Source: Chlorokybus atmophyticus
Taxonomy: Eukaryota > Plantae > Mesostigma and Chlorokybus algae
Direction: 5' to 3'
Assembly: GCA_009103225.1 (NCBI GenBank)
Contig: RHPI01001737.1
Span: 310,001 to 374,000, forward strand
DNA: 64,000 nt
In this document: positions 10,563 through 27,336 of the stretch, piece by piece
Layout of the letters: each line of letters opens with the position of its first letter
Position numbering within the stretch: the stretch's first letter is position 1
Program-made: the position numbers and the translations under genes
The notes under the pieces: model-generated
Told to the model about the DNA's origin: nothing
Databases searched by the model: none
The model's input: the letters and a program-made list of their open reading frames with translations, nothing else

Positions 10563-12352
10563 GGGGTCCGATAGGTGTGGCATGTGCATGGCTGTCACGG
10601 CTGCCATTGTCATGCTCATCAACCTCACAGTCGTTGCATGCCAGCAAGTAAGGGGCATGCAGCAACTCACGCGCGTCACGCACGAGGGGCCAGACAATTC
10701 TGGCGGGAGGGACCATTCAAAGCGGTTGCGCAAAACAAGCACATTAAGGGCTTGCGCTGCCACGGCAACGCGAACATTGCAAACTGCAGGCGCAGGCTGT
10801 GTTTGCTAGTGGAATGCCAAGTACATTCCGCACTCAACACTGGTACATGTTGAACCTTTTCGCAGGGCTATTTGCTGAGTGGCTACATAGATATCCGCGC
10901 AGGCAACTCTACCATTATGTACATGTGGTAGCACCTATCTGAAGTTTCTTGATGTTTCTTGAAATGTTTGACTCGGTGCTGCCTATGGGCAATGCAGTAT
11001 TTATTGCACATTTAATTGCATCCCATGTGCACTATAGCTTGAGAGGCCTGGTAGTCCCATCAGCATCCAAAATAAGTAAAGAGATTCATCATATTTCTTG
11101 ATGCCTTGTGTGTACAATGAAAAGTGATATGTGACTGCCCATACTGGGTAGGCAGTTACACATGCTAGCATCTCGTTGCACACAGTCTATTCTGTCATGC
11201 TTGCAAGCACCAGCATAGTTGCCAGTCATAACCACCACAATTGCAGCGTGCAGCCATGACACCACCTTCGTCACCGTCTGGCTGTGTGCAAGGTCTACCG
11301 CTACTATCCTAACATGCATGACCCCCAAGTAATTTCCACAACCACAATACCTGCCACATGGCCGAGAGCGTGCATGATGGTTACTTGGTGGAATAACATA
11401 AGAGAAATAATTCGCATGCGCAATTGCGTGCGCACATAGGGTTGTTGTGTAAAAGATACACGTATATGTAGCACGCAATACGTGTATGCAACAATCGGCC
11501 CTTATCGCAACATTAACACTAGTAGGTAGAGCTGGAGGGAATAGGCATGGACGGCTTTATTACGTAACCTGGTGTGACGATGTTGCATACTAGTGTAAGT
11601 CACGTTCAATAAGAATGGCCCTTCGTACATGTGCATGCATTGTTGCGTGCCACTGTGTAGTGATGTGGGTGTTTTGTTATTGTTCTTATTGACTTTAAGC
11701 ACAAGTGTCATGAATTTATATACATGCGAAGAGTATATGTACTCTATGCCATGTGCGTTATGCTACCTCCATAAATCTGTATATGTGTAACATGCATCAT
11801 TAGCTATAAATCTATGTACTTAAATTGTAGTCATTAATTCATATACATGACAAGGGTATATGTACCCTATGCCATATGCGTTATTCTACCTTCATGAACC
11901 CCGTACATGTGTAACATGCATCAATGGCCATAAGTTTATATATTTAAGTTATCATCTGTACCATTTTTTATTTAGCAATACAGATAGACGCATCACGACC
12001 TCATGTGATACAACCGGACAAATACGCGCGTTATATGCACATCATGTATTATTTTGTCAATAATGCAGTCACGCACACCCAACCACAACATGCGAATGGC
12101 ACAATCATCATCAATGACAATTTCATTTGATCGAACGAAAGTGTCGCGGGTTAGCAAAGCCACATTCACTTTCATAAGGGTGTAGCCATGAGCAATGGAC
12201 ACGAATACCGCAAGCAACCCGCCACCATTGCCGATATTGCGGCCAGGCTGTACGCGCTGGGGCACGCAATGAATATGCATTCATAAATGAATTCAAGTGC
12301 TAGAGCGCATAATACAGGGTCTCTGATGCATGTGGAGGTTCCCCCCTACTAG

Positions 12353-12471
12353 NNNNNNNNNNNNNNNNNNNNNNNNNNNNNNNNNNNNNNNNNNNNNNNN
12401 NNNNNNNNNNNNNNNNNNNNNNNNNNNNNNNNNNNNNNNNNNNNNNNNNNNNNNNNNNNNNNNNNNNNNNN
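12353..12471. other. Assembly gap (119 N)
   Basis: Run of N characters. Confidence 1.
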
Positions 12472-13857
12472 GGTCCCGCTCACGCACGACACGTGGGAAG
12501 GGGAATAGTTTGTGTCGCGCGCCGTTTAATTATAAACTGTAAACTTATAAACTTATAAACTGAAAGCTCTGCAAATTGCTCTCCCAACCAACCATGTTTC
12601 ACTGTCTGATAAATGATGCTCACACTTAAGCTTATGACCCTGCTCTTTGCTAATAGCAGACCGCTATGCGTGCTTATGTTCCGGCTAATAAACCAGACCG
12701 GGTCTCGTAACTTGATGTCCATCCAAACTCTTGATGTCTCTGTATGCAGCAACAGCACAATGTGTGAGTGCAATGTGTTGCTGTCGGTGGTAGGCAAGGA
12801 CGCAATTCAGATAGAAAGCTTGTGGCTAGGGCTTTCTTGCATCGGAGCCATGTGTATTGATGCATTGCGGTGTGTAACGGTCGCGCACGCAATATAATTG
12901 TGTTCAACCCTGTATTAAATTGACATGCAAGCGTCGCGCTGTAACAATTTAAACCAATTAAAGATTTGCTGCATGCAGCTTGCGGATCGATAATAACCCC
13001 ACTAGCATGCAGCCTAATTTGGTTTGCCTACCACTCAAATAAATGCTACCAGATTTCACATTTATACACAGTCTCTAAATAAGGAGTATATTCATTGACT
13101 TTATAGATTTTTTGCGACAAAAGCGTATTGTTCTAATGAAAAAGGTTATTAAAAATACTTGTTGGGAATGGCAAATGTAAATTGTATATATACATCTAAT
13201 ACGTGAAGGGAATGGAAAATGTAGATTACATATATACATCTATTTGAAAGCTGGTCAATTTTTAGCTTTAATTAGCTTTATGATATGTTCTATAACAAGA
13301 AAAAGGAAGATATTCCAAAGAAATTTTAATTTTTAAACTGCGAGAGCTTTAACTATTTGGTTGATAAATGGCGGAAAAGTAAGTGGAAACGGGGTAAAGA
13401 CATCTCTCGGTCTCCGAGCACACACGCTCACACGATGTTTGTGTTTGGGATGCAGCTCAAAGGAAGAGGCGCGCCCTTAACAAGCAACTCTAATTGGTCA
13501 CAAACCACCCCATGCTTGTGTAACAACATGATACGCCAGAACTACGTAGAATTGGTCTAGCTCGCAAGGTTTCTAGTACAACGTTGGCTTTGTTACAGCA
13601 ACCAGCAATTCCCAACGCAAAGGCACACCTGCACTTGTCCACTGAAACGCATATAAAGCATACGACAATCTGTGGATGTGCAACCGAACACTCAGCAGCA
13701 CCCTCAACTTCAGCATGGCGCATCAACTCAACAGCGCAGTATTGCGCCTTTCTCCAAGCAAAGCCAAAGTGCTGCCTTACACTCCACAGAAGCAGCATTG
13801 ATAGATATCCTTTTCAACCTCACAATGTCGAAAAGGATATAACCAAAGCCACTTGCT

Positions 13858-14473
13858 CTACCCAAAGCTCTGCCACCTGCAAGGTACCCACAATCAACTC
13901 AAATTGGTTGGGTACCGGCACACAATGGTACAACTTGGGCATGCTTGCAACTCTGATTATTACCTGGGTAGGTGCTCTGCTGCGAGTCTGCACAAACTGT
14001 ATGTACACAACGCCAGCAAAACGGTTCCAACCGTATCTGGGCAGGCTGTCAAGGGGTGCATCCATTTGAGATATGTGGAAACAACCAACTCCTTGTGCAA
14101 ACCACGTACATGCACACGCGTGCGTCAGACACACGCACGTGTGTTTGTGCGCGCCACACACATGCACTCGCACACACAACCACGCAAACGCGCGCACACA
14201 CCCATGCATGCGCGCACATCCACACGCACACGCACACGCGCACATGCATGTGCGTGTGAGTGTGGGTGCACACCCAAACACCCAAACCATCCAATAATGT
14301 GCGCGTACTCATGCACACACGCACACATTTTCGCACGTTCAGTATGCCTGTGGAACGGGACAGAGCAGGATACTGGTCAGCCACCGCTCCCACGGATCGA
14401 GCATGTACAGCCCTGTGGTGACGTTGTACCAGAGGATATACTTGTCAATGGCCTTCAAGATTCTCATAACCAT
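13858..14473 (-). CDS. ssSPT: Serine palmitoyltransferase small subunit (three coding exons, ~63 aa)
   Basis: Manual splicing gives MVMRILKAIDKYILWYNVTTGLYMLDPWERWLT-NTVGTVLLALCTYSLCRLAAEHLP-RWQSFG*. YNVTxGLYMLDxWER is the ssSPT family signature, and both introns are GT-AG with the frame kept. Confidence 0.85.
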
Positions 14474-15584
14474 GCCATCGCGCCTCGCCTGCTGCTGGAT
14501 CATCGCATACTGGTGGGCATAACTCTGCCGTATGCAGACAACAGCAATGATGATAATGATAGCGACAGTTTAAGGCTGTGCATGCACTTGTGTGTGCGTG
14601 TGCGAGTGTGCGTGCGCTTGTTCCTGAGCATGCACATGTGAGTGTGCGTGAGTGTTTTCATGCGCGCGAGCGTGCATGGGGGGTCGCGTACCGTTGCAGA
14701 GTTATTGTTGGCATGGTTGAGCGGTTCTTCTAGTCCTTCTTGCTGATTGCCTGTTCACAAACATACACTTGCTGAATGAGACTGTGGCCACGTTGCGCTG
14801 TCTTTCTGCTTGTGTGGGTGCTTCACACAGACACAGACACCAGTAGCACGACAACTCTCGCTGCGGAAGGTAGCAAAGTCACTAAGTAATAATAGCCTCC
14901 AAGAGAAAACGTTTCCAAGCAATCCAAGTTACAATGAATGAATGAGCGATGAATAAGTGACAATCACAAGCTTCCCGACCCGACCTAAGATTTGCCGACA
15001 CAGGGCACCTTGCGCATACTAGCACAGCGCACGCCCACACACGCAACAGCAACACAATGCACGCATTCCGCACACACCTGTCGTCTGGGCAGGTGCCGCG
15101 GGAGCCCGCATGCCCCTCCTTTGCGTCACCATCCTCTGTGCTCACCCCCGGCAAGCCACCCAAGTGTGCCGTCTTGCCACAGCACTGCTGAGCTATCGCT
15201 GTTGCTGTCGCTGACGCACTTAGCCCAGCCCAGTGGCAAGCCCTCAGACAAAAGCAGCAAAGGGTCGAGCTAACGCCAAGCTGCACCGAGCAGCCTCAAC
15301 ATTATGCAGTAACAGCAGTGGCTTGCCGTCTCTCTGTCTCGCCTTCTGTTTCCTTCTCGCTTCAGTTGACAAGCAAGCAACAGGCAACCAAGGGATCAAG
15401 AGAGCAAGCAAGCACTCCGTGCGCACACCCAATGACGCCGCCGCCTCGACGCTAGCCGCCTCAAACCTGTGCCCACTTTGCTATTTCGTGCAGCAGCTAG
15501 CCAGCCAGCAAGCCTATGTTAGCTGTGCGCAGCTGCTTGCAGGTTGTTGCTTGTGTGCTTGCCATTGTGCTTGGCGGCGTTGGC

Positions 15585-17460
15585 ATGGCTGCGCCGCTGC
15601 TGCGGCTGGTCGGGCGGCAGGGGATTGGGCTGACGACGACGAGGACGCGGGCGGTGCTGGCATTGTGCACCACCACCACCACCATCACCTTTTCCTCCTC
15701 GTCGTCAGCCGCTGCCGGACGTCTGTTATGGCCGGACAGAGGGAGCTGTTGCGGTGGCGTAGAGACAGCGGCGTGTTTGGTGGAACACTCTTGTTGTTCT
15801 TCGGTCCACTTCTCCACTGCTGCTGCTGCTGAGGCAAAGGCCATACCGGTGGCAGCCATAGAGCACCAGCCACAAGACCGCAATTATGCTAGTGGTGCTG
15901 CTGCTGCCCATGCAGAGCTTAAGGCAGGTCGCTGCCCGCAAACCCTGACTGCAAATTTGCCGCTGCAATGTCTGTCTGTTTGTTTGTTTGTTTGTTGGCT
16001 TGTTTTGCGTTCCGTATGTTTGTTTGTCTCTCGTGTTATTGCATGCCGTTGCTTATCATGTCATTGCTCCATGGATCGTCAACGATCTGTGAAAAACAAC
16101 ACTGCACTCTACCCGCATGTGTCTATGCTCTTTGTTAGTTGCACGGTCTAGTGTGGAGTGCGCATGCTAGCGAGACTCAAGCGTTGCTCTGAACGACACA
16201 ATCAGCTCAGACACATCAATGATCCGGGCAGGTGCGCTTAAGCCCGACGGGACACTGGTGCTGTACAGAGGCCGCTGGATTCGTCTGTTAAGAGTGTTGG
16301 TGAGGTAAGTACAGCGTGTTTTACTTTTATCACTGATGTTCAGTGCAGTACAGCATACTGCATGTGCAGGTTAAAGATTGGTCAGCTGTCTGGCGTAGCA
16401 GCCTTGGCGCTACCGATTGCCCTGTACGTGCAACAGGTCTGCTTCTATTGGAGAAGCGTGCATATGTGCTTGTATGTTCCATGGTATGCGCCTATGTGTG
16501 TGCATACGCGCTTTAAAGCAGGGCCGTTATTGTTTGCGTATACATGTCTCAAGTTAAGTATGACTTTCATGCACACGCGCGCACGCATGTACCGAGGTGA
16601 ACATGTCCGTTTGACTGCGCACAAGAGCTACACTGCTGCATGCGTGACACTAATGCAAGTTGCGTTCAGGGTAACCTGCCTCTGTCTACATGGTTGGGAG
16701 TTGGGGCCGTTGTGAGCGGCGCGGGTGCGGCGTCTTTTGCACTGTGGTTCTACTCCCGCAGGTGAGCGTCCTCCATATCATTAACATCTACTCTTCCCTT
16801 GATTGCATCTCGCAGACTACATCCTGCATGTCATTCAGGTATGTTGGCGAACTTGCTCTTTTGCCACCAGACTATCGCAAAGCAAAGTTTAGCACGCTTG
16901 ATTTCTGGGGCCGACGTGAGGTGAGGAATGACTCTTCGTCAGTATATGCTTCTGCAATGCTCAACAGTATGTGCAGGTTGCATAGCTGCACAACTGAATG
17001 CTTTGTTGCAATGCAGGACCTTATCGTAGACACCAGGTGACTGTTGTTTGCTGTACGCGATTCTGCTGAACGCGCACAAATTCTCTTTGCTGTTGCTGGT
17101 GATGCAGTTGGGGCGCAGTTTGTCTTGCACCTGTATTGGTTGCATTGTTGCATGCACATGTGTCGTGTAACAAGCCTTTATCTTCTTGGTTGCAGTGCCA
17201 TTGTGCCACCTTTCAAAGGCCTGACACAGCAAGACCTGCAGCACGCGGCACAGCAAGTGTTTATACCCGCTTCGGTTCTGAACCAGAGGCAGTTTCTAAT
17301 GTCGCTGCGGCTTGGCCATTTGCATGACAAGGACGCTCTGTTCAAGCTGCTCAACGGCACATATACCCCTGACGAGGTGCACTTTGCTCATAATGCTGCC
17401 ATTGAATGCGAATGTTGGTTGCAAGACACATTTGCAACCGTCATGGTGCTCACAATGTGA
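15585..17460 (+). CDS. TMEM186-like mitochondrial membrane protein (TMEM70/186/223 family, spliced)
   Basis: A presequence-like N-terminus, then LYRGRWIRLLRVLVRLKIGQL, two hydrophobic segments and RYVGELALL...STLDFWGRR. The end coordinate follows the last ORF. Confidence 0.65.
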
Positions 17461-18647
17461 TGTTGGTTGGTGGTCAAGGTGATTATGATTGTAATTGCAA
17501 TGATGATGGTTGCAGTGGTGATGGTGATTGTGTTGTGCCCAGGTTTGCTCAAGGGTGCATGCATTCCAACAGCAACATCCTGCTGTTGAGCATCAGGCAT
17601 CGCACTCTGAAGAGCGGTGATTGAAGCAGTAAGCACGGACACAGAGTTGGGCTATGTTGTAACGCAATGTTGATGCGGTGCTCTACGCATTGATGAGCGT
17701 GTAGAGCATGTTAGAATTCGAAGCACAGTTGTGTTGTCATGGGTACTTAGACCAAACACTCGACTGATGCCATCATCGCCGGCGTGCCATCGTTGTGCCG
17801 ATACTCAGCTGTCGCCGTAGACAGCAAAGAATATAACAAAGCCTGCTCCAGCACGCATGTCTTAGTTCTTGGCATGGCTTGTGGCAGAGTTATTCTGCGT
17901 GTCGGACAACGACAATGCCCAATAGCTACACTGCGCCGCCAACCATTGAGACCACTGCATGGTGTTTTGAAAGCATTGTTGCAATTCCGTTGGTGATACA
18001 CTCTGTGCTGCGCACTCACATTATGGTGGACTTGCCGTGTATAGCAGTGTTAATTGTGATTGGTGTAGGCAAGCTGGTTGGGTCCGCGACTCAGCACAAC
18101 GTGCCAATTGGTGTAGACAGCGGTGAGTGTTTCTGACACATCAGTGTCAGTTCAGGTTGTGAACAAGCTATCATTGTCAGCGTTGATGACTGGAAGTGAA
18201 AGTGAACGACACACCCAGATTTTAGCAACCAATACCTATGCTGAAACAAAGGCTAGCCAAATAAGCAACAAACACATGTGGTCACCTATGCACAGCTGAC
18301 TCTGACGATTAGTTGGTGGCAGGTCAATGCCGTTATCTCTTGCCAGGCACTGCAGGTTTGTCACTCAGACAGTTGGTCTAAATATAACCCTCCTACTACT
18401 GGTATACAAGCAATCGGATTGTTGTGGTGATTTTAGTACATGCTCAGGGTGTCTTAAGCAGTCCACACACAACCAAGACGCGCTCACAGCGGCGTGTTTG
18501 CTTTCTTCGGTTCAACTGATGGTCAAGTCCACACCATTCAGTCCACTAAAACAATGCAAGCGATTCTCTGCGGTCACAAAGTATATAATCGCAGCATTCA
18601 ACTGTCCATGCAGACAGTTGAATGCTGCAAAAACCACAATAGCCATG

Positions 18648-21894
<3,247 letters not shown>

Positions 21895-22079
21895 CACCCT
21901 AACCCCAGGAGGCGGTGGCGCCGCCCCAGGCAGATCACCACCGCCGCCGCCCACACCAGTCACCACCACATCCACTACAACAACAGGGACTATATTGCAA
22001 AAGGCCAAAACGGCAGTGTTCGAGGTCAATACAGAGTAACCAACCAACCAGCTACCACAAGCGATTATCTACTGTATGA

Positions 22080-22661
22080 CTATATCGTCATAAAGGTCTC
22101 TGACGTCGTGGTCGCCCACATCGCGTCCGCTCTTCGTGTCGTGTCCGTCATGGCCGCTGCCTTGTCCAGGACAGCTACGGCCTGCGCTTTTTGAAGCGCG
22201 CAAGCGATACGTTGCCTATAGGTGCGTAGGTAGCCTGGTACGCGCGCTCTATCCTGGTCCCGCTCACGCACGACACGTGTTGCACAGCGCCGCAAAAGCC
22301 CATGGAATGCCTCTCCCAGGGCGCCATGTGTCTCGAGGGCTAGCGGAACGAACGTATCTGTGCGGTGGGCGTCAGAGTATTTCACGCGTTTGGCCGCCTC
22401 CGCCTGTCTTGCGGCCGCGCCTGCTTCAACGGCGGATGCCCTCACCACCACATCCAGCAAAAGCCGCCCGTCCGATCCGGGCTCTGTCACCAGTAGATCG
22501 ACGCGTCTTCCTTTCGTCTCCCCTTCTCGCAGCGGAAGCAGCCCGGATACCTCGTAGGCGACACGGAAGCCCGCCTCTCTGAGGATGGTCCCCACCTCGT
22601 ACTTCACTGCGTCATGTGTCGCAATGACACCGGATCCACGCGGGCAACGGATGACGTGCAT
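22080..22661 (-). mobile_element. 5'-truncated non-LTR retrotransposon fragment: end of a CCHC knuckle plus restriction-like endonuclease (CRE/R2-superfamily type)
   Basis: Open 193-codon frame with HVIRC...THDAV, RRVDLLV...LLLDV, AEAAKRVKY, FVPLALETHG and ALQKAQA. No RT domain upstream. Confidence 0.8.
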
Positions 22662-22681
22662 CCACTACGGCTACACTGCGC

Positions 22682-25600
22682 TCAACAACCAAGTAAGCCT
22701 GCAGGCGGCGAGGTGGTCGAACTAGTGGAGGTTGTGAAGGACGTGCGCAATGCACTGGTGGAGTTCCTTACAAGCTGGGCTGCCTGCGACCAAGCGAGCT
22801 GAGCACAGAGCGCCAGGCGCAGCTCGCATGCCAAGCTTGAAGGGCGAGACTGTGCAACCTTGCTTCAGACTGGTTGTTTGCCACTTGTTTTGATCGATCA
22901 GTTGGCAACAACCGTCATGTTGGCGTTGTTGTCTTGTGTTTGCATGAAATATGTATACGCAAGGACTGCGATAGGTTTTCCGTGCAGCCATTCTGGACAT
23001 GCGCTGCTGTATGCTGCTTGCTTCAACTAGCCGCCCATGCAATCACTTACCTCAACAACTCTCCAATGTCTGACTGAATGCCTATTGTTGAGCGACAATG
23101 CAGCTCATGCAAACCTGTTCAACCTGATTGCCATTCATGTCGTGGCTGCTGTCAACATCATGGTTGGCCAACTACCATGATCAACAACAATCACAGCTAG
23201 CTACTCGTTTGTCAACTACAAGCTGAAAGGCATGTGTCTTGCGGCGCGCATCATCACTTCACTCTTGAGTCCAACCTCCAGCAGCTTTGCCATCCCGCTG
23301 CCATCAACGCTGATAACCTCTTTCTGGCTTCCACCCATCCTCGAGAGCGTGATCCGCGCCACCATTTCCTCAAACTCCTGTGAAGCATGATGGGTTACAC
23401 GGGCTTACTTTAGCAGCTACTCCTCCTCTGTCTCACCTCATAGAGTATCTCAATGCTGGCGTTCTTTGGGTGCTCGTGTGGGGACGGCGCCTCGGGCGTG
23501 TGAGTCACCGCCACTAACACGTCGCAAGCCTGTTGAGGTACACGCACGAGTACGTTGGTTTGGGATGTGTACAGGTGCATGGGATTGCGCACACACATGC
23601 GTGCGTGTGGTTTGGCGGCGTCTGTATGCGTGCGCATGAGTGTGCGCGGGTATGCCTGCATGAATGTATACGTGGTAAAACTTGGGTATCATACCCAGCT
23701 GTAGTGCAGACACGCACACGCATACGCTTGCACATGTATGCACAAGCACACATGCGCATGCATGAACCAGACCTTCTTGAGGGGAAAGGACGGGTCCAGC
23801 AGTTCGAGATTATTCAAAAAGCGGAGGTACCCATTGGCATTGACAGTGCTATTGCTTATGTTACTCGCAATGGTCGGCTGCCGGTAGTACATATATATCT
23901 TGCGCAGTCGATCGCGCACGCTTTTCATCACGTTTTGCACAGCTGTATATTGTCCAATCCACGTTTGTTAGTCTACACTTCAGCATATTGTTATGCATCC
24001 ATATAGCCGTACATTCTGACAACTGTAAGAAGTGCAAATCATGCGTGTGCAGCAGTTTGACTGTTTACCTTCCGTGTAAAACTTGGCGACTGAGAAAGTG
24101 TCCTTTGTCAACTTCTTGCTGTTTTTATTTGAACTGGAAGGTATAACCTGCATAAGCAGTGTATCAGCATGAGAGCATCACTAGCAACTGTTGCCTTGCC
24201 AGCCAATTGCATGAAGTTGTCTCAAGTCAGATGCTTCTCATCCGTACGTGTTTCAAGAGACAAGTCAGGAGCTGTGCTGGCGACTTCTCTTCCTTCTCGA
24301 AGTCGTCATCATCCCCAAGATGTTGTTTGATCAATAGCAACTTGTCATCTGGTCTTAGACACCACGCTATACGCATCAAAGACTCTGCAAGAGACACCAA
24401 GTTACACATACGTTGTGGCACCTTGTGACATGTTGTTATGCGGTCCCAACATACCCACAAACGCAGGGAAAATGATGACATTCGCTCCATCATGAGCATC
24501 ATACGCAGTGCCGCCATCAATCTCCATCTCTGCAATGGTTGTTGTTTGTAGTGCCTCATGAGCGCTGGTGGCGGTGTTGTTATGTACAAGTGAGGCGGCG
24601 AGGGGCCCGCGGTCCAACCGCGCAAGGCCGCCCGCAAGCCTAGCCAAAGGCGTGTCCTGGACAGAGACGCTGGTGAGTGTGTGAGTGTGCGTGTGTTGGA
24701 TGCCTTCTCCCGTGTGCGTGTGTCTCTCACCTTTGCAAAGCGCCAGAACTGGCATTGCTTCATTGCTGGCTCGGGTTCTTCCGCTGGTGTATGTGGCCGG
24801 AGTTGTGACAGATGTTGTGTGAGTTGGGACATGGACTCTCCGAGAAGTGGCGTGTCCGCCGACGTTCTTCGCGACTCTGATGAGTGAAAGGGCGGCGTCA
24901 ATGCTTGAGTCGTGAGAGACAGAAGTGTGCTGACTGATTGACGTTGTGTTCATAGAAGTTTGTGGGAGGCTCTGACCTGAGCGGCTGACCTGACCCGAGC
25001 GGCTTTTGCTTCTGCGACGGACGGTTATCGCGGCTGACTTGAACCTGCAAAGGGCAGCGTTAATCAAAGCTTGGTCAATGTTGAACAAGAGCATGCAAAC
25101 TCTATGCTCAGTTCTTGTCAGTCTGTTGTCATAATGAGTGTTCACGTGAGCTGATGTGCTCCATGGTTGCCTTCTAGCACCCACGACGGAACATTGACCA
25201 AACTTCCATGCGTGCAATGTTTGTGATCAAGACATTGGTCGTACTGTTAGTCAATACGTGTGGTACATCTTGACGTCACATCTCCGCAACTATGTTGCTG
25301 TGTTGTGCTGACACTGCTAAAATATGAACTCTGCAGATCTGCACTCTACCCACCATGAGGCCTTGGCATTCTGCTGCTTGATCTCAACACCAAAGGTATC
25401 CAGTGACCTGAAGGGAGCAAGACAACGTGAGCCACACACCCACACAGGTTACAGTGCAGTTGTCAGGGATTGCAGTCCCCCTTCACCTGTATCGGTCAAA
25501 TGCCTCCCGTAGGACACCCATGTTGCGCTTGAGCACCAAGCGCACCGCTGCCATCATCTCCTCCGCCGACTGCGTAAGCGAGTATCAGCACTGTCACCAT

Positions 25601-27336
25601 CATTGTAATCGTCGTCAACATATGTCCAGTCTTCATGTCTACGCTGCCAGCTCTCTGGCTTCAGCAACACACAGGCGCGCATCCACACAGGGACACGCGC
25701 ACACACATACACAATATTTTTTACCCCATGTGAAGAAGAAGGAGGCAGCAGGTTGCATGCCCGTGCGAGCAAGGCCTCCCAGACAGGCGCCATAGGCACC
25801 GCCATCTCCTCGCGCTCTTGCTCAAGCGCCAGTCTCTCCTCCTCTGTCAGCTGCACGGCAAGCAGGAGACTGAGACTCTTTCTTCACCTTCATCACTAAA
25901 CAACAGCAACAACAACATTCACACTGTGTGCTCTTACCTCAGAAGTGCGCCGTGACGACAACAGCCACGCCGGCAACCCGCCGTACCCTTCCTCAACATC
26001 GCTTTCTCCCTCTCCCTCTCCTCCCCTCCTCGCCCGCGAAGCCACAGCCACATCCGGGTAAAAGTCCCTGTGTGCAGCCATCTCCCTCACAGCCAGAAAG
26101 AAACCCTGTAAGACACAACATGATGTTGTTTTTATTGTTGTTGTTGTTGTTGTTGTCGTTGTTTGATGCAATGTGGAGTTAACAATGTGCTTGCCTCGAT
26201 GATGCGTGGGGATGCGGGGCGGGTGGCCATGCGTGAGAGGCGGCGGCGCGCTATGCGGTGGTGGCGTGAAGGGGGCAGGAGGGGATGGGTTGATGTTGTG
26301 TTTGCTGGAGAGGGGGGCATGCCGGGCTTTACTGGCGTGCAGGCTTCTTGCACAGACTCAGGTTGCGCAATAGAGGCGCGTGCCCTTCGAGGGATGATTG
26401 GTTGTGTACTACAGTAAGTTTCACAGCACTCTAGCATATTGTTGCAAATAGTCAGTAAACCTCACCTGGCGAGAGCAGCCTCTGTGGCACGCTGTTGTGC
26501 TCTTCGCTTGAGATCTCTCTGCACAGCCGAGAGTTATCAAGCGCAGTTCAGTCTGCCCGTCTCTCAGTAACTTGAAGCAAGCTTACGCGTGTGCGCGTAA
26601 GCTTGCTTGCGTGCGTGAGTGTATTGTGCACGCATGTGTGCGCACAGTCAAGTTGTAGTTGCTACCTTAACTAAGCGTCCGACCAAAGGGCGTGCACTGC
26701 GAACAGTAGGCGAGGGCGCCTGGCCGTCCCTCGCGCGCAGAGCACGTCTAAACTCCAACTGCAACCATAAAAACCCACGCACACGCACACGGACACAACT
26801 CAGCTTTTGCTCTCTTTGTCTCAACCTGCCTCTTCAGTCCTTACCTCTCTGAGGGTGTCGTCAGCGGCGCGCGCGCCCGGCGTGCGTGAGCGCAAGCCTG
26901 CGGATGGCGTGGAGGCCATCGATGACGCCGAGGAGAAGAGCACAGATGAGGAGAACAACATCGCGGAGCCTCCGCGTGCGGCCCGGCGCGGTGAGAACGA
27001 GAAGGACAGGGCTGTGCTCGCACGGGACCGTGAGTGTGCGCTGGTGTTGGTGTTGCTTCGCTGTAGAGAATGAGGTGAGACGGGTGGGGATAGTGTTGAT
27101 GTTGTTGTTAGGCGTTGCTGTTGCGGGAGGAGAGAGGCTACTGAGCGGGCGCGGCCGAGGCTGCGAGCGCGCCTGCTAGCGTCTTCTTGGTCATAATCGT
27201 CGTCGTTGTTGTCTGAGTTGTTGTTGTCGTTGTTGTTGTCGTTGTTGTTGCTGCCATAGTTGGCAGTGTCGGCGCGGTGGAGGCCCTCGGCAGTGGCGAC
27301 CCTGTGTACCAGAGCGCGCGCCGGCACCGCACTCAT
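22682..27336 (-). CDS. Uncharacterised multi-exon protein with low-complexity N-terminus and two EF-hand/p25-like helical segments
   Basis: GC-rich exons bounded by GT-AG read MSAVPARALV..., VRLVLKRNMGVLREAFDRY, VRDRLRKIYMYY...YLRFLNNLELLD and EFEEMVARITL. The full exon chain and the final exon (stop 22682-22684) are tentative. Confidence 0.55.

Noticed and set aside
11712-11950. Degenerate ~125-bp tandem duplication
   Set aside because: Old AT-rich local duplication with no structure or terminal signals.
11993-12280. Possible zf-RVT-like remnant (LLTRDTF...DDDCAI)
   Set aside because: The Cys/His pattern is incomplete and needs an assumed deletion; too weak to call.
12293-12542. ORFs containing X runs
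   Set aside because: Artefacts of the assembly gap.
13820-14393. Overlapping His/Thr/Ala- and Cys/Val-rich ORFs
   Set aside because: Produced by CA/GT low-complexity intron sequence; the same applies to similar ORFs at about 23400-23760 and 33870-34430.
22114-22124. snRNA USE-like motif (GCCCACATCG)
   Set aside because: Imperfect match, no TATA at the expected distance, and inside the REL coding region.
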